A stretch of 64,000 bases of DNA from a virus. The stretch lies in IMG/VR virus record IMGVR_UViG_3300027708_000025, positions 1 to 64,000 of that record. The stretch is one strand, 5' to 3'. Under the pieces are notes generated by a model. It worked only from the letters and a program-made list of their open reading frames with translations. It made no database searches and was not told where the DNA came from. Shown piece after piece: positions 38,531 to 44,919 of the stretch. The translations under genes and the position numbers were made by a program. Each line of letters opens with the position of its first letter. Position 1 is the first letter of the stretch.

Positions 38531-38604
38531 TGGAGCGGGGTAGGAGAATCGAACTCCTGACTTCAGTTTGGAAGACTGAGGTAATACCATTTTACGAACC
38601 CCGC
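38531..38604 (-). tRNA. tRNA-Gly(TCC)
   Basis: Cloverleaf; TCCA end. Confidence 0.93.
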
Positions 38605-38610
38605 ATTTTT

Positions 38611-38684
38611 TGGCATCTCCTGAGAGACTCGAACTCCCACTTACGGTTTTGGAGACCGCAGTACTGCCATTATACTAAGGAGAC
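38611..38684 (-). tRNA. tRNA-Trp(CCA)
   Basis: GCGGT-CTCCAAA-ACCGT; CCA. Confidence 0.92.
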
Positions 38685-38689
38685 ATTTG

Positions 38690-39223
38690 TTACGGATTCT
38701 TTGCAGAATGTGGTACATCAAACACGAATGTAATCCTGTCTACTGTACCATTGTTCCACGCAGAATGATATTTCTTATTGTCAAACCAGAAAAATGTTCC
38801 TGGTTCTATTTGTCTTTCTTCACCATCTACTTCATACAAGTAAGTGCCTTGCAATGATAAATGATATCTATCTCTTGTCTCATAATATGTACCATCGTCA
38901 ACGTGGCGACCAACACTATCGTTTGGATTTAATTTAAAGAAAGCGGCTCTTGAAGTTTGCGTAATGTCGTGCTTCTTAAGATACTTTCTCACTTCAGTAT
39001 ACTTATCATAAAGCGGTGTGCGTCTTTGCAAATCAGAATTTTTAGGATTCTCATCTGGACTACGAACCATCGCCATCACTAGAGGAAGAAACCCATACGG
39101 ATTCTTTTCCCCACCAATCTTAGAATAAGTAGAAACTGCTTGCCAATCTGTATCGTCAATCTGCCCTAGAATTTTACTTATGTCAATTCCAGTTTCAATG
39201 AATCTAAAATTACTCATCATCAT
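38690..39223 (-). CDS. Aspartyl/asparaginyl beta-hydroxylase-like 2OG-Fe(II) oxygenase
   Basis: HVD...RYHLSL...WFDNKKYHSAWN...RITFVFD. Confidence 0.85.
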   Translation of the reverse strand: MMMSNFRFIETGIDISKILGQIDDTDWQAVSTYSKIGGEKNPYGFLPLVMAMVRSPDENPKNSDLQRRTPLYDKYTEVRKYLKKHDITQTSRAAFFKLNPNDSVGRHVDDGTYYETRDRYHLSLQGTYLYEVDGEERQIEPGTFFWFDNKKYHSAWNNGTVDRITFVFDVPHSAKNP

Positions 39224-39869
39224 ATTCCATCAATTGCATACTTCCCGTATGCGGAAAATCGTATCTATCAAAGTGGTCAAAATTTGTTTTACCAATTGGC
39301 ATAATATTCACACCAACAATGATTCTATAATTGCAATCAGTAGGACTTGTTTGATGCGTTGCCCATGCGGGAAACATAACTAACGTACCTGCGACAAAAG
39401 GTAACTCTTCTTGAGACTTCAACATCAATTCATTTTTATCTGAAATTGCAGGTTGTATTACATATTTCTCTGCACCTAGATTTGGAAATACTGTTCCGCT
39501 TGCATTACCATCAGCATCAAACAAATGAAATGAACCACCCAAGAAACTATTCGCATGACTGTGCATGTGATGAAAGCCACCAGCTTTTTGTCTAGTCGCC
39601 CACATACTTGTAATCCCACACTCATCATAATAACCCATATCATCCATTGCATACTTACCACAACTGTGAATGAAGTCTGTTAACTTTTTAACTTTATCAT
39701 CTTTGTGTAAGTTTGCTCTAGTGATTTGAAGCCCATTCCTTTCACGTTCAGAAAGATATAGATTATCCTGTGCAAGATATCGCACTAAGAATTCTTGGTC
39801 ATTCTCAAAGTTTGGATAATGAAATCTCCAAACTGGTGTGTAGAATAGTTTATGTAATTCGACTTTCAT
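39210..39869 (-). CDS. Putative 2OG-Fe(II) oxygenase
   Basis: HSHANSFLGG, LVMFPAWATH, RIIVGVN. Confidence 0.8.
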   Translation of the reverse strand: MKVELHKLFYTPVWRFHYPNFENDQEFLVRYLAQDNLYLSERERNGLQITRANLHKDDKVKKLTDFIHSCGKYAMDDMGYYDECGITSMWATRQKAGGFHHMHSHANSFLGGSFHLFDADGNASGTVFPNLGAEKYVIQPAISDKNELMLKSQEELPFVAGTLVMFPAWATHQTSPTDCNYRIIVGVNIMPIGKTNFDHFDRYDFPHTGSMQLMEYDDE

Positions 39870-40045
39870 TTGTTTTCAAACTCATCATCATACAAACCCA
39901 TCTCTTGGCTGATACGAACCATTTCATCCAATGCGGCTTCTTGGCGTTTTTTTGCAAATGCTCTTTGCTCTTCTTCGGTTCCTAATTCATATCCTTTATC
40001 AGAATGAATCTCTTCGGCTGCCGCAATATTCTTTTTGTCTATCAT
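39866..40045 (-). CDS. Small hypothetical protein, 59 aa
   Basis: Hand-translated MIDKKNIAAA...ALDEMVRISQEMGLYDD; overlaps both neighbours. Confidence 0.6.
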   Translation of the reverse strand: MIDKKNIAAAEEIHSDKGYELGTEEEQRAFAKKRQEAALDEMVRISQEMGLYDDEFENK

Positions 40046-40515
40046 AAAATCACCCTATGATATTCGTAATTAACTGTATCTTCATTTTCTCTAAAAACAA
40101 CTGCACCATTACGCAAATGAAAACGTCTAGCCAATTCAGTCTTTGGACTTAGCGTAAGGTATCTTTGAATTTCTGGTTTGTTTTCTTTGATGTGACTAAC
40201 AGCATCAAAAATTAATGTACGACCGGCACCTGGAGCATAACTCCAAATGGTATAAAAAATTGCAACAATAGGTTCAGATGAAACTTGAAATAACTCTGTT
40301 TCTTTTGTTGGAATTTCTGTCTGATAACTTACGCATGTGATTGCTTTCACTTTGTCATCTGGATCACGCAACACAAAGATATCTTTGTTGTCGCCAACCC
40401 TATCAACATGTGGAATATGAGGGCGCACAGGATCCTCACTTAACATACTCATTACACTATCAGTAAAAGATTTTATTAGATATAACATTTTTTTATTCTC
40501 ATTTTTTATTCTCAC
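40042..40515 (-). CDS. Hypothetical protein, possible GNAT-like fold
   Basis: DPVRPHI, FYTIWSY.PGAGR, TLSPKT..A.RFHL.NGA. Confidence 0.65.
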   Translation of the reverse strand: MRIKNENKKMLYLIKSFTDSVMSMLSEDPVRPHIPHVDRVGDNKDIFVLRDPDDKVKAITCVSYQTEIPTKETELFQVSSEPIVAIFYTIWSYAPGAGRTLIFDAVSHIKENKPEIQRYLTLSPKTELARRFHLRNGAVVFRENEDTVNYEYHRVIL

Positions 40516-40528
40516 TTCTCTACATTAA

Positions 40529-40603
40529 TGGTGGAGGATGGGAGGATCGAACTCCCACTTCAGACTTGCAAAGCCCATGTGCTCCCATTATCACTAATCC
40601 CCC
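40529..40603 (-). tRNA. tRNA-Ala(TGC)
   Basis: G3-U70; TTTGCAA loop; CCA. Confidence 0.9.
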
Positions 40604-40605
40604 AT

Positions 40606-41130
40606 TTAACTCGGTGTTATGGTGTTAAACGAAATCACCGTTTTTCTTTTATGTCCTAAGTTTATAGGAGAACGATGCCACAAAGTTGCTGGCATCGTTA
40701 AAATATAACCTTCTTCGACATTAGGAATTACAATAGATTCTGTTTTTTGATTCCTAATTTGAGTCTTAACATCATCACTTGGTAACTCCAGATAATAAAC
40801 ATTTGTCCAATTTGCTGTGCCATGAACATGCCAACCATGAAAACTATTGTTATAGTACTGTTGAAACCAACAATTTAAATATCCAAATTGGGTAAATCCT
40901 AATTTTGAATATACATTTTTCATATGCTCAGTTAGAGAAGGACGTAAAATATTCCAATATTTTCTCTCGACATTCTCTTCAACATACCAATCAGTATTAG
41001 TAATTTTTTTGTCATCATTGATAAAAATTGACATACTATCAATGCTTTTGAGAAGAACATTTTTTAAATTGTCATGTTCTTCAAATTTAGATACCGCATA
41101 TGGACAGTCAATGTAATTGATATCAATCAT
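40606..41130 (-). CDS. Putative 2OG-Fe(II) oxygenase
   Basis: WFQQY, HGWHVH, VYYLELP, HRSP, KTVISFN. Confidence 0.8.
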   Translation of the reverse strand: MIDINYIDCPYAVSKFEEHDNLKNVLLKSIDSMSIFINDDKKITNTDWYVEENVERKYWNILRPSLTEHMKNVYSKLGFTQFGYLNCWFQQYYNNSFHGWHVHGTANWTNVYYLELPSDDVKTQIRNQKTESIVIPNVEEGYILTMPATLWHRSPINLGHKRKTVISFNTITPS

Positions 41131-41145
41131 TATTTTTCAATAAAT

Positions 41146-41349
41146 TTATTTTAGCATTTCTACAACTTCTTCTAGTGTCTCACTTACTTCCCATGTGCCA
41201 TGAGGAGGTCCATAAACAAATGTTACATCTTCAATTACTCCATCTTCACGGGTAACAGTATTTCTGTGTATCGTAACAATTAAATCTTTTCTGATTGAAA
41301 CTTTGTGTCCTCTAAACTCTGGACTTGAATTCGTTAGTGTTATAAACAT
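41146..41349 (-). CDS. FlbD-like small protein
   Basis: MFITLT...I.KDLIVTI...VSETLEEVVEML. Confidence 0.55.
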   Translation of the reverse strand: MFITLTNSSPEFRGHKVSIRKDLIVTIHRNTVTREDGVIEDVTFVYGPPHGTWEVSETLEEVVEMLK

Positions 41350-41375
41350 GATATTATCCTTTAAAATTATTAAAC

Positions 41376-41449
41376 TGGTCTCGGTAGCAGGAATCGAACC
41401 TACGCTCTATCGTCCCAAACGACAAGTGATACCATTTCACCATACCGAG
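41376..41449 (-). tRNA. tRNA-Pro(TGG)
   Basis: Cloverleaf; TTTGGGA loop; CCA. Confidence 0.9.
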
Positions 41450-41459
41450 TTATTTATAC

Positions 41460-41533
41460 TGGTGCCCCATGACAGAATCGAACTGCCGTTACCTGAGTAC
41501 AAAACAGGTGTTCTACCATTTAACTAATAGGGC
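41460..41533 (-). tRNA. tRNA-Thr(TGT)
   Basis: CCTGT-TTTGTAC-TCAGG; CCA. Confidence 0.85.
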
Positions 41534-41538
41534 GAAAC

Positions 41539-42282
41539 TTAAATTGCTTTCTCAATTATATTCTTAGCTAAATTATCCACATCGGCTCTTATGGTGCCTC
41601 CGAGAATAACAATTGCATACTGCTCACCATTCTTATGTACTATCATAACAAGACACTTACCAGCCGCATTCGTTGTGCCAGTTTTGGATACTTCAATGAT
41701 ATCAAATTTATTCATCAACTTCACGTTAGTGTTATTGACTGAAATGTGTTTTTCTTTATTCTTCTTATCTACAACAGTTAAATCGTATCTACTCAATGCT
41801 GATATCTCACGTATTTTATCATGTCTATACGCATCTGTCAACAAGACAACCAAGTCCCTTGCGGTACTGGTATTCCTTGCGCTTAGACCAGACGTATCAT
41901 CAAATTTTGTATTGTACATCTCTAGCGCAATTGCACGTTTATTCATTTGGTAAACTGTCCACAATTTACCGCCCATGCTTTCTGCTAATGCTTCTGCGGC
42001 TCTGTTGTCACTTTTGATTAACATTAAATTTAATAATTCTTCTCTAGTAAACTTATTGTGTGAATAAAACATTCCTTTGTATGGAACTTTCTCATTCAAT
42101 GGAACTCCACTTTCAATTATGACAAGTGCGGTCATCAATTTTGTAATGCTTGCTATTGGTCTTATTGTATCAATTTCAGAATCAACAATTGGATACTGTT
42201 TAGTGATATTGTATGTGTAGACTGTAATCGCACTAGCACTTAATGCCGACAGCAATACTAAAGATAAGATTATTTTTTTCAT
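41539..42282 (-). CDS. D-alanyl-D-alanine peptidase, S11 family (PBP7/PbpG-like)
   Basis: SITK, SDN, KTG motifs; signal peptide MKKIILSLVLL; start trimmed to avoid tRNA-Asn. Confidence 0.9.
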   Translation of the reverse strand: MKKIILSLVLLSALSASAITVYTYNITKQYPIVDSEIDTIRPIASITKLMTALVIIESGVPLNEKVPYKGMFYSHNKFTREELLNLMLIKSDNRAAEALAESMGGKLWTVYQMNKRAIALEMYNTKFDDTSGLSARNTSTARDLVVLLTDAYRHDKIREISALSRYDLTVVDKKNKEKHISVNNTNVKLMNKFDIIEVSKTGTTNAAGKCLVMIVHKNGEQYAIVILGGTIRADVDNLAKNIIEKAI

Positions 42283-42296
42283 ATGATTCTTTGTAA

Positions 42297-42371
42297 TGGC
42301 TCCAGAGGCAGGGATCGAACCTACGACCAATTGATTAACAGTCAACTGCACTACCGCTGTGCTACTCTGGA
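42297..42371 (-). tRNA. tRNA-Asn(GTT)
   Basis: Cloverleaf; CTGTTAA loop. Confidence 0.94.
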
Positions 42372-42379
42372 ATAGAAAA

Positions 42380-42455
42380 TGGTTGCGGGTGAAGGATTCG
42401 AACCTCCGTCCTTTAGGTTATGAGCCTAATAGTCTGACCTCTGACGTAACCCGCT
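42380..42455 (-). tRNA. tRNA-fMet(CAT), initiator-like
   Basis: 1:72 mismatch, GCGGG/CCCGC acceptor, CTCATAA loop. Confidence 0.85.
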
Positions 42456-42469
42456 ATAATATATATGTA

Positions 42470-42545
42470 TGGAGTGAGTGACAGGACTCGAACCTGCATT
42501 ATACGGACTTGCAAACCGTTGCCTAGCCTTTCAGCGCACACTCAC
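42470..42545 (-). tRNA. tRNA-Cys(GCA)
   Basis: TTGCAAG loop; U73 discriminator. Confidence 0.85.
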
Positions 42546-42552
42546 ATAAATT

Positions 42553-42680
42553 TGGCGCTCTACAGGATTCTCACCTGTTCACTGGAGACCCTATAATCAG
42601 GGTTTTTATCCCTCTACTGCCATGAATTGCGAATTCATCGTAGAACCCAAGTTGCGAACTTGGCGTGGAAATATCAGAGC
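42553..42680 (-). ncRNA. tRNA-like structured RNA of unknown class, 128 nt
   Basis: GCTCT/AGAGC closing stem plus GCCA end, T-arm-like hairpin, three extra hairpins. Confidence 0.65.
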
Positions 42681-42687
42681 ATAAACT

Positions 42688-42762
42688 TGGCGGTCTGTAG
42701 GAGAATCGAACTCCTGTAAGTGGATAGACAATCCACAGTAATAACCTCTATACGAACAGACC
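42688..42762 (-). tRNA. tRNA-Asp(GTC)
   Basis: GTGGA-TTGTCTA-TCCAC; CCA. Confidence 0.92.
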
Positions 42763-42768
42763 AAAACT

Positions 42769-42853
42769 TGGTGGAGATGATAGGGATCGAACCTATTGTG
42801 ACTTAAGTCGGAAGATTTACAGTCTCCTGCCATACCATTACGGCGGCATCTCC
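42769..42853 (-). tRNA. tRNA-Tyr(GTA)
   Basis: CTGTAAA loop; long variable arm. Confidence 0.93.
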
Positions 42854-42854
42854 A

Positions 42855-42980
42855 TGGTATTAGATTAGTTGACGCACTATTTGCTACGCTCAACGGAATT
42901 AGTGGCCACCTTACCGTTTATGTACGCAGTTACTCAGGCGTTACGATTGCCCATGGCTTACGTCAACTAATCTAATACCA
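42855..42980 (-). ncRNA. Structured RNA candidate closed by a 20-bp perfect stem
   Basis: Inverted repeat 42855-42874 / 42961-42980. Confidence 0.6.
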
Positions 42981-42981
42981 C

Positions 42982-43183
42982 ATTTAATTACACTGGATGA
43001 TTGACAAAAATAACAGTTTTGAACCTGCCCTACCATGTCGTCCATGGATTTGCTTGTCAACCACATTACAGACCAAGTTGTTCCAGCGTGATTCGCTCGT
43101 TCATGTAATCTAGAAGTGCCAGTCCGTCAACTGGTTCTCACTTGTTAAATTACCTACTGGCTTGGTAACCAATGTAATTAAAT
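42982..43183 (-). ncRNA. Multi-stem structured RNA candidate, about 200 nt
   Basis: 15-bp closing stem and four internal helices; mismatches become G-U on minus strand. Confidence 0.65.
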
Positions 43184-43184
43184 C

Positions 43185-43260
43185 TGGTACACCTAGGGGG
43201 AATCGAACCCCTCGTTTGCGCCTTGAAAGGGCGCCGTCCTAACCGTTAGACGATAGGTGC
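43185..43260 (-). tRNA. tRNA-Glu(TTC)
   Basis: GCGCC-CTTTCAA-GGCGC; CCA. Confidence 0.94.
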
Positions 43261-43265
43261 ATAAT

Positions 43266-43278
43266 TTTTTAAAGAACA
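43266..43278 (-). promoter_or_regulatory. boxA-like antitermination element
   Basis: TGTTCTTTAAAAA between promoter and tRNA-Glu. Confidence 0.7.
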
Positions 43279-43306
43279 TTTGATTGATTTCTCAATCTAT
43301 GAATAG

Positions 43307-43369
43307 AGTATAACACTCTAAACATTTCCTGTCAACAACTATTTTTGGTAACTGTTGTTTTTTATTAAC
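43307..43369 (-). promoter_or_regulatory. Repeated early promoter unit inside tRNA array
   Basis: Palindrome variant, AAAATAGTTG, TTGACA-17-TATACT. Confidence 0.8.
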
Positions 43370-43371
43370 AC

Positions 43372-43459
43372 TGGCAGAGAGTATGAGATTCGAACTCATG
43401 CACCGCTTTCGCAATGACAGTTTAGCAAACTGCTCCTTTAACCACTCAGGCAACTCTCT
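43372..43459 (-). tRNA. tRNA-Ser(GCT)
   Basis: TTGCTAA loop; long variable arm. Confidence 0.93.
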
Positions 43460-43462
43460 ATA

Positions 43463-43552
43463 TGGCGGAAGCGGTGAGATTCGAACTCACGGAACATTTC
43501 TGTTCGCTAGTTTTCAAGACTAGTGCCATAAACCGGACTCGACCACACTTCC
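43463..43552 (-). tRNA. tRNA-Ser(TGA)
   Basis: CTTGAAA loop; long variable arm. Confidence 0.94.
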
Positions 43553-43558
43553 ATAACT

Positions 43559-43633
43559 TGGTGCGCCCTGAGAGAATCAAACTCCCACTTCAACGTTCGT
43601 AGCGTTGTGTAATATTCATTTTACTAAAGGCGC
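43559..43633 (-). tRNA. tRNA-Arg(ACG)
   Basis: CAACG-CTACGAA-CGTTG; atypical D and T loops. Confidence 0.87.
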
Positions 43634-43644
43634 ATAAAAACATT

Positions 43645-43721
43645 TGGTGCCCTCTCTCAGATTCGAACTGAGACTTTACGGCTTCTAAGACCGATCTCTC
43701 TACCAATTGGAGTAAGAGGGC
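43645..43721 (-). tRNA. tRNA-Leu(TAG), short variable arm
   Basis: CTTAGAA loop; 77 nt. Confidence 0.85.
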
Positions 43722-43724
43722 ATT

Positions 43725-43798
43725 TGGTTCCCAGAGCAAGAATCGAACTTGCGATAAAGGCTTATCAAGCCTACGTTATACCATTTAACTATCCGGGA
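43725..43798 (-). tRNA. tRNA-Ile(GAT)
   Basis: TTGATAA loop; CCA. Confidence 0.9.
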
Positions 43799-43799
43799 T

Positions 43800-43958
43800 T
43801 AATTTCGATTTTCATCTCCCACTACTAACTATTGCTTCCCAATTTATCGTCCATTGGCACCCGTGGTAGGGCTTTCAATGCTCATCGGCCTTGCGTTCTA
43901 GCGCAAGTGATCCTTGGGATAGGACTGCTAGGCCTTAACTTGCCTAGCATCAAGTGAA
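43800..43958 (-). ncRNA. Structured RNA candidate, about 160 nt
   Basis: Four consecutive hairpins plus possible pseudoknot. Confidence 0.5.
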
Positions 43959-43959
43959 T

Positions 43960-44034
43960 TGGTACCTTGTGACAGGATCGAACTGCCGACCTTCTCCTTG
44001 TAAGGGAGACACTCTACCGCTGAGTTAACAAGGC
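43960..44034 (-). tRNA. tRNA-Val(TAC)
   Basis: TCTCC-CTTACAA-GGAGA; CCA. Confidence 0.94.
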
Positions 44035-44043
44035 AATTTTCTT

Positions 44044-44119
44044 TGGGGTGACCTATGGAATTCGAATCCATGCTATCGGAATCACAATCCGAGGTGCTAA
44101 CCGCTGACACTAAGGTCAC
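44044..44119 (-). tRNA. tRNA-His(GTG)
   Basis: TTGTGAT loop; C73; position -1 is T. Confidence 0.9.
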
Positions 44120-44131
44120 ACCAAAGAAAAC

Positions 44132-44206
44132 TGGTAGGGGCACCGAGAATTGAACTCGGATTTACTGGTTAAAAGCCAGCTACTCTAGCCGTTGAGTTAT
44201 ACCCCC
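44132..44206 (-). tRNA. tRNA-Lys(TTT)
   Basis: GCTGG-CTTTTAA-CCAGT; CCA. Confidence 0.92.
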
Positions 44207-44210
44207 AAAT

Positions 44211-44285
44211 TGGTGGTGACAGTTGGATTTGAACCAACGACCGATTGCGTATGAAGCAATTGCACTACCGCTGTGCTATGTCACC
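44211..44285 (-). tRNA. tRNA-Met(CAT), elongator
   Basis: ATTGC-TTCATAC-GCAAT; CCA. Confidence 0.88.
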
Positions 44286-44292
44286 TTTTATT

Positions 44293-44366
44293 TGGCAGAG
44301 GGTACAAGGATCGAACTTGTGCTAACAGAGTCAAAGTCTGGTGTGCTACCGCTACACTAACCCCCA
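44293..44366 (-). tRNA. tRNA-Gln(TTG)
   Basis: CTTTGAC loop; CCA; first tRNA of the array. Confidence 0.9.
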
Positions 44367-44388
44367 ACATAAAAAATATGGATGCAAA

Positions 44389-44401
44389 TTGTTAAAGAAC
44401 G
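44389..44401 (-). promoter_or_regulatory. rrn-type boxA antitermination element
   Basis: CGTTCTTTAACAA, 22 nt upstream of first tRNA. Confidence 0.8.
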
Positions 44402-44427
44402 TTTGTAATATATTCGATGATATACAC

Positions 44428-44464
44428 AAAGAAAAACCCCCTAGAGTTTTCAGTCTCTAGGGGG
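44428..44464 (-). terminator. Intrinsic terminator (attenuator) in front of tRNA array
   Basis: CCCCCTAGAG-ACTGAAAA-CTCTAGGGGG then TTTTTCTTT. Confidence 0.9.
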
Positions 44465-44516
44465 CTTGTCTTTGTATTCTCTTTGGACTTATGGTCCTCA
44501 GGTATAACAAGCCCCC
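44460..44516 (-). promoter_or_regulatory. Antiterminator helix, mutually exclusive with the terminator
   Basis: GGGGGCTTGT (44507-44516) pairs perfectly with ACAAGCCCCC (44460-44469), which includes half of the terminator 5' arm. Confidence 0.8.
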
Positions 44517-44614
44517 ATCACTGGTGCGTGGCAATCGGATTTCTCTGAGCGAGAAATACTCTGCCACGTAATCGGCATATAATTTCTTGTTGAGAGTTTC
44601 GATATTAAATTCAT
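44498..44614 (-). CDS. Putative attenuator leader peptide, 38 aa
   Basis: Not in ORF track; MNLISKLSTRNYMPITWQSISRSEKSDCHAPVMGACYT*; start 1 nt after upstream stop; 19 amino acids, no Phe. Confidence 0.78.
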   Translation of the reverse strand: MNLISKLSTRNYMPITWQSISRSEKSDCHAPVMGACYT

Positions 44615-44615
44615 T

Positions 44616-44897
44616 TTAGTTTACTGTTTCTTCGTTAAAAATATTAGACCATTTCTGGAGTTTTGCTTTCTTGTTTGCGGATGCTTTATCTACGTCATCA
44701 ATGTTAATGATACCTGTTTCAATCATCAACTGAATCATACAAAATAAATCACCAACTTCTTCTGTCAATCTGTCTCGGTTAGATGCACCATTGTGTTCAC
44801 CATCTAAACCAAATCTAAAAACTTTACTGATTGCCTGTGTCACTTCGGCACATTCTTCTTGTGCAATTAGTAAAACTTCTTTTTCAACACTATTCAT
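44616..44897 (-). CDS. MazG-like nucleotide pyrophosphohydrolase
   Basis: QEECAEVTQAISK...LTEEVGDL. Confidence 0.8.
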   Translation of the reverse strand: MNSVEKEVLLIAQEECAEVTQAISKVFRFGLDGEHNGASNRDRLTEEVGDLFCMIQLMIETGIINIDDVDKASANKKAKLQKWSNIFNEETVN

Positions 44898-44919
44898 TAT
44901 TTAACCTTTTAAATCACTT

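Noticed and set aside
41451-41458. TATAAATA as late promoter for tRNA-Pro
   Set aside because: Only 1 nt from the tRNA 5' end, so initiation would fall inside the tRNA; role unclear.
42553-42680. tRNA-Sec, or an intron-containing tRNA-Phe
   Set aside because: No TCA or GAA anticodon loop, no D-arm, and only a 5-bp acceptor-like stem.
42855-42980. Known self-cleaving ribozyme or MITE
   Set aside because: No hammerhead, twister or pistol core recognised by eye and no target-site duplication; kept as unknown ncRNA.
42606-44143. ORFs 42606..42893 and 43928..44143, and the N-terminal extension of 41539..42351
   Set aside because: They run through tRNA genes.
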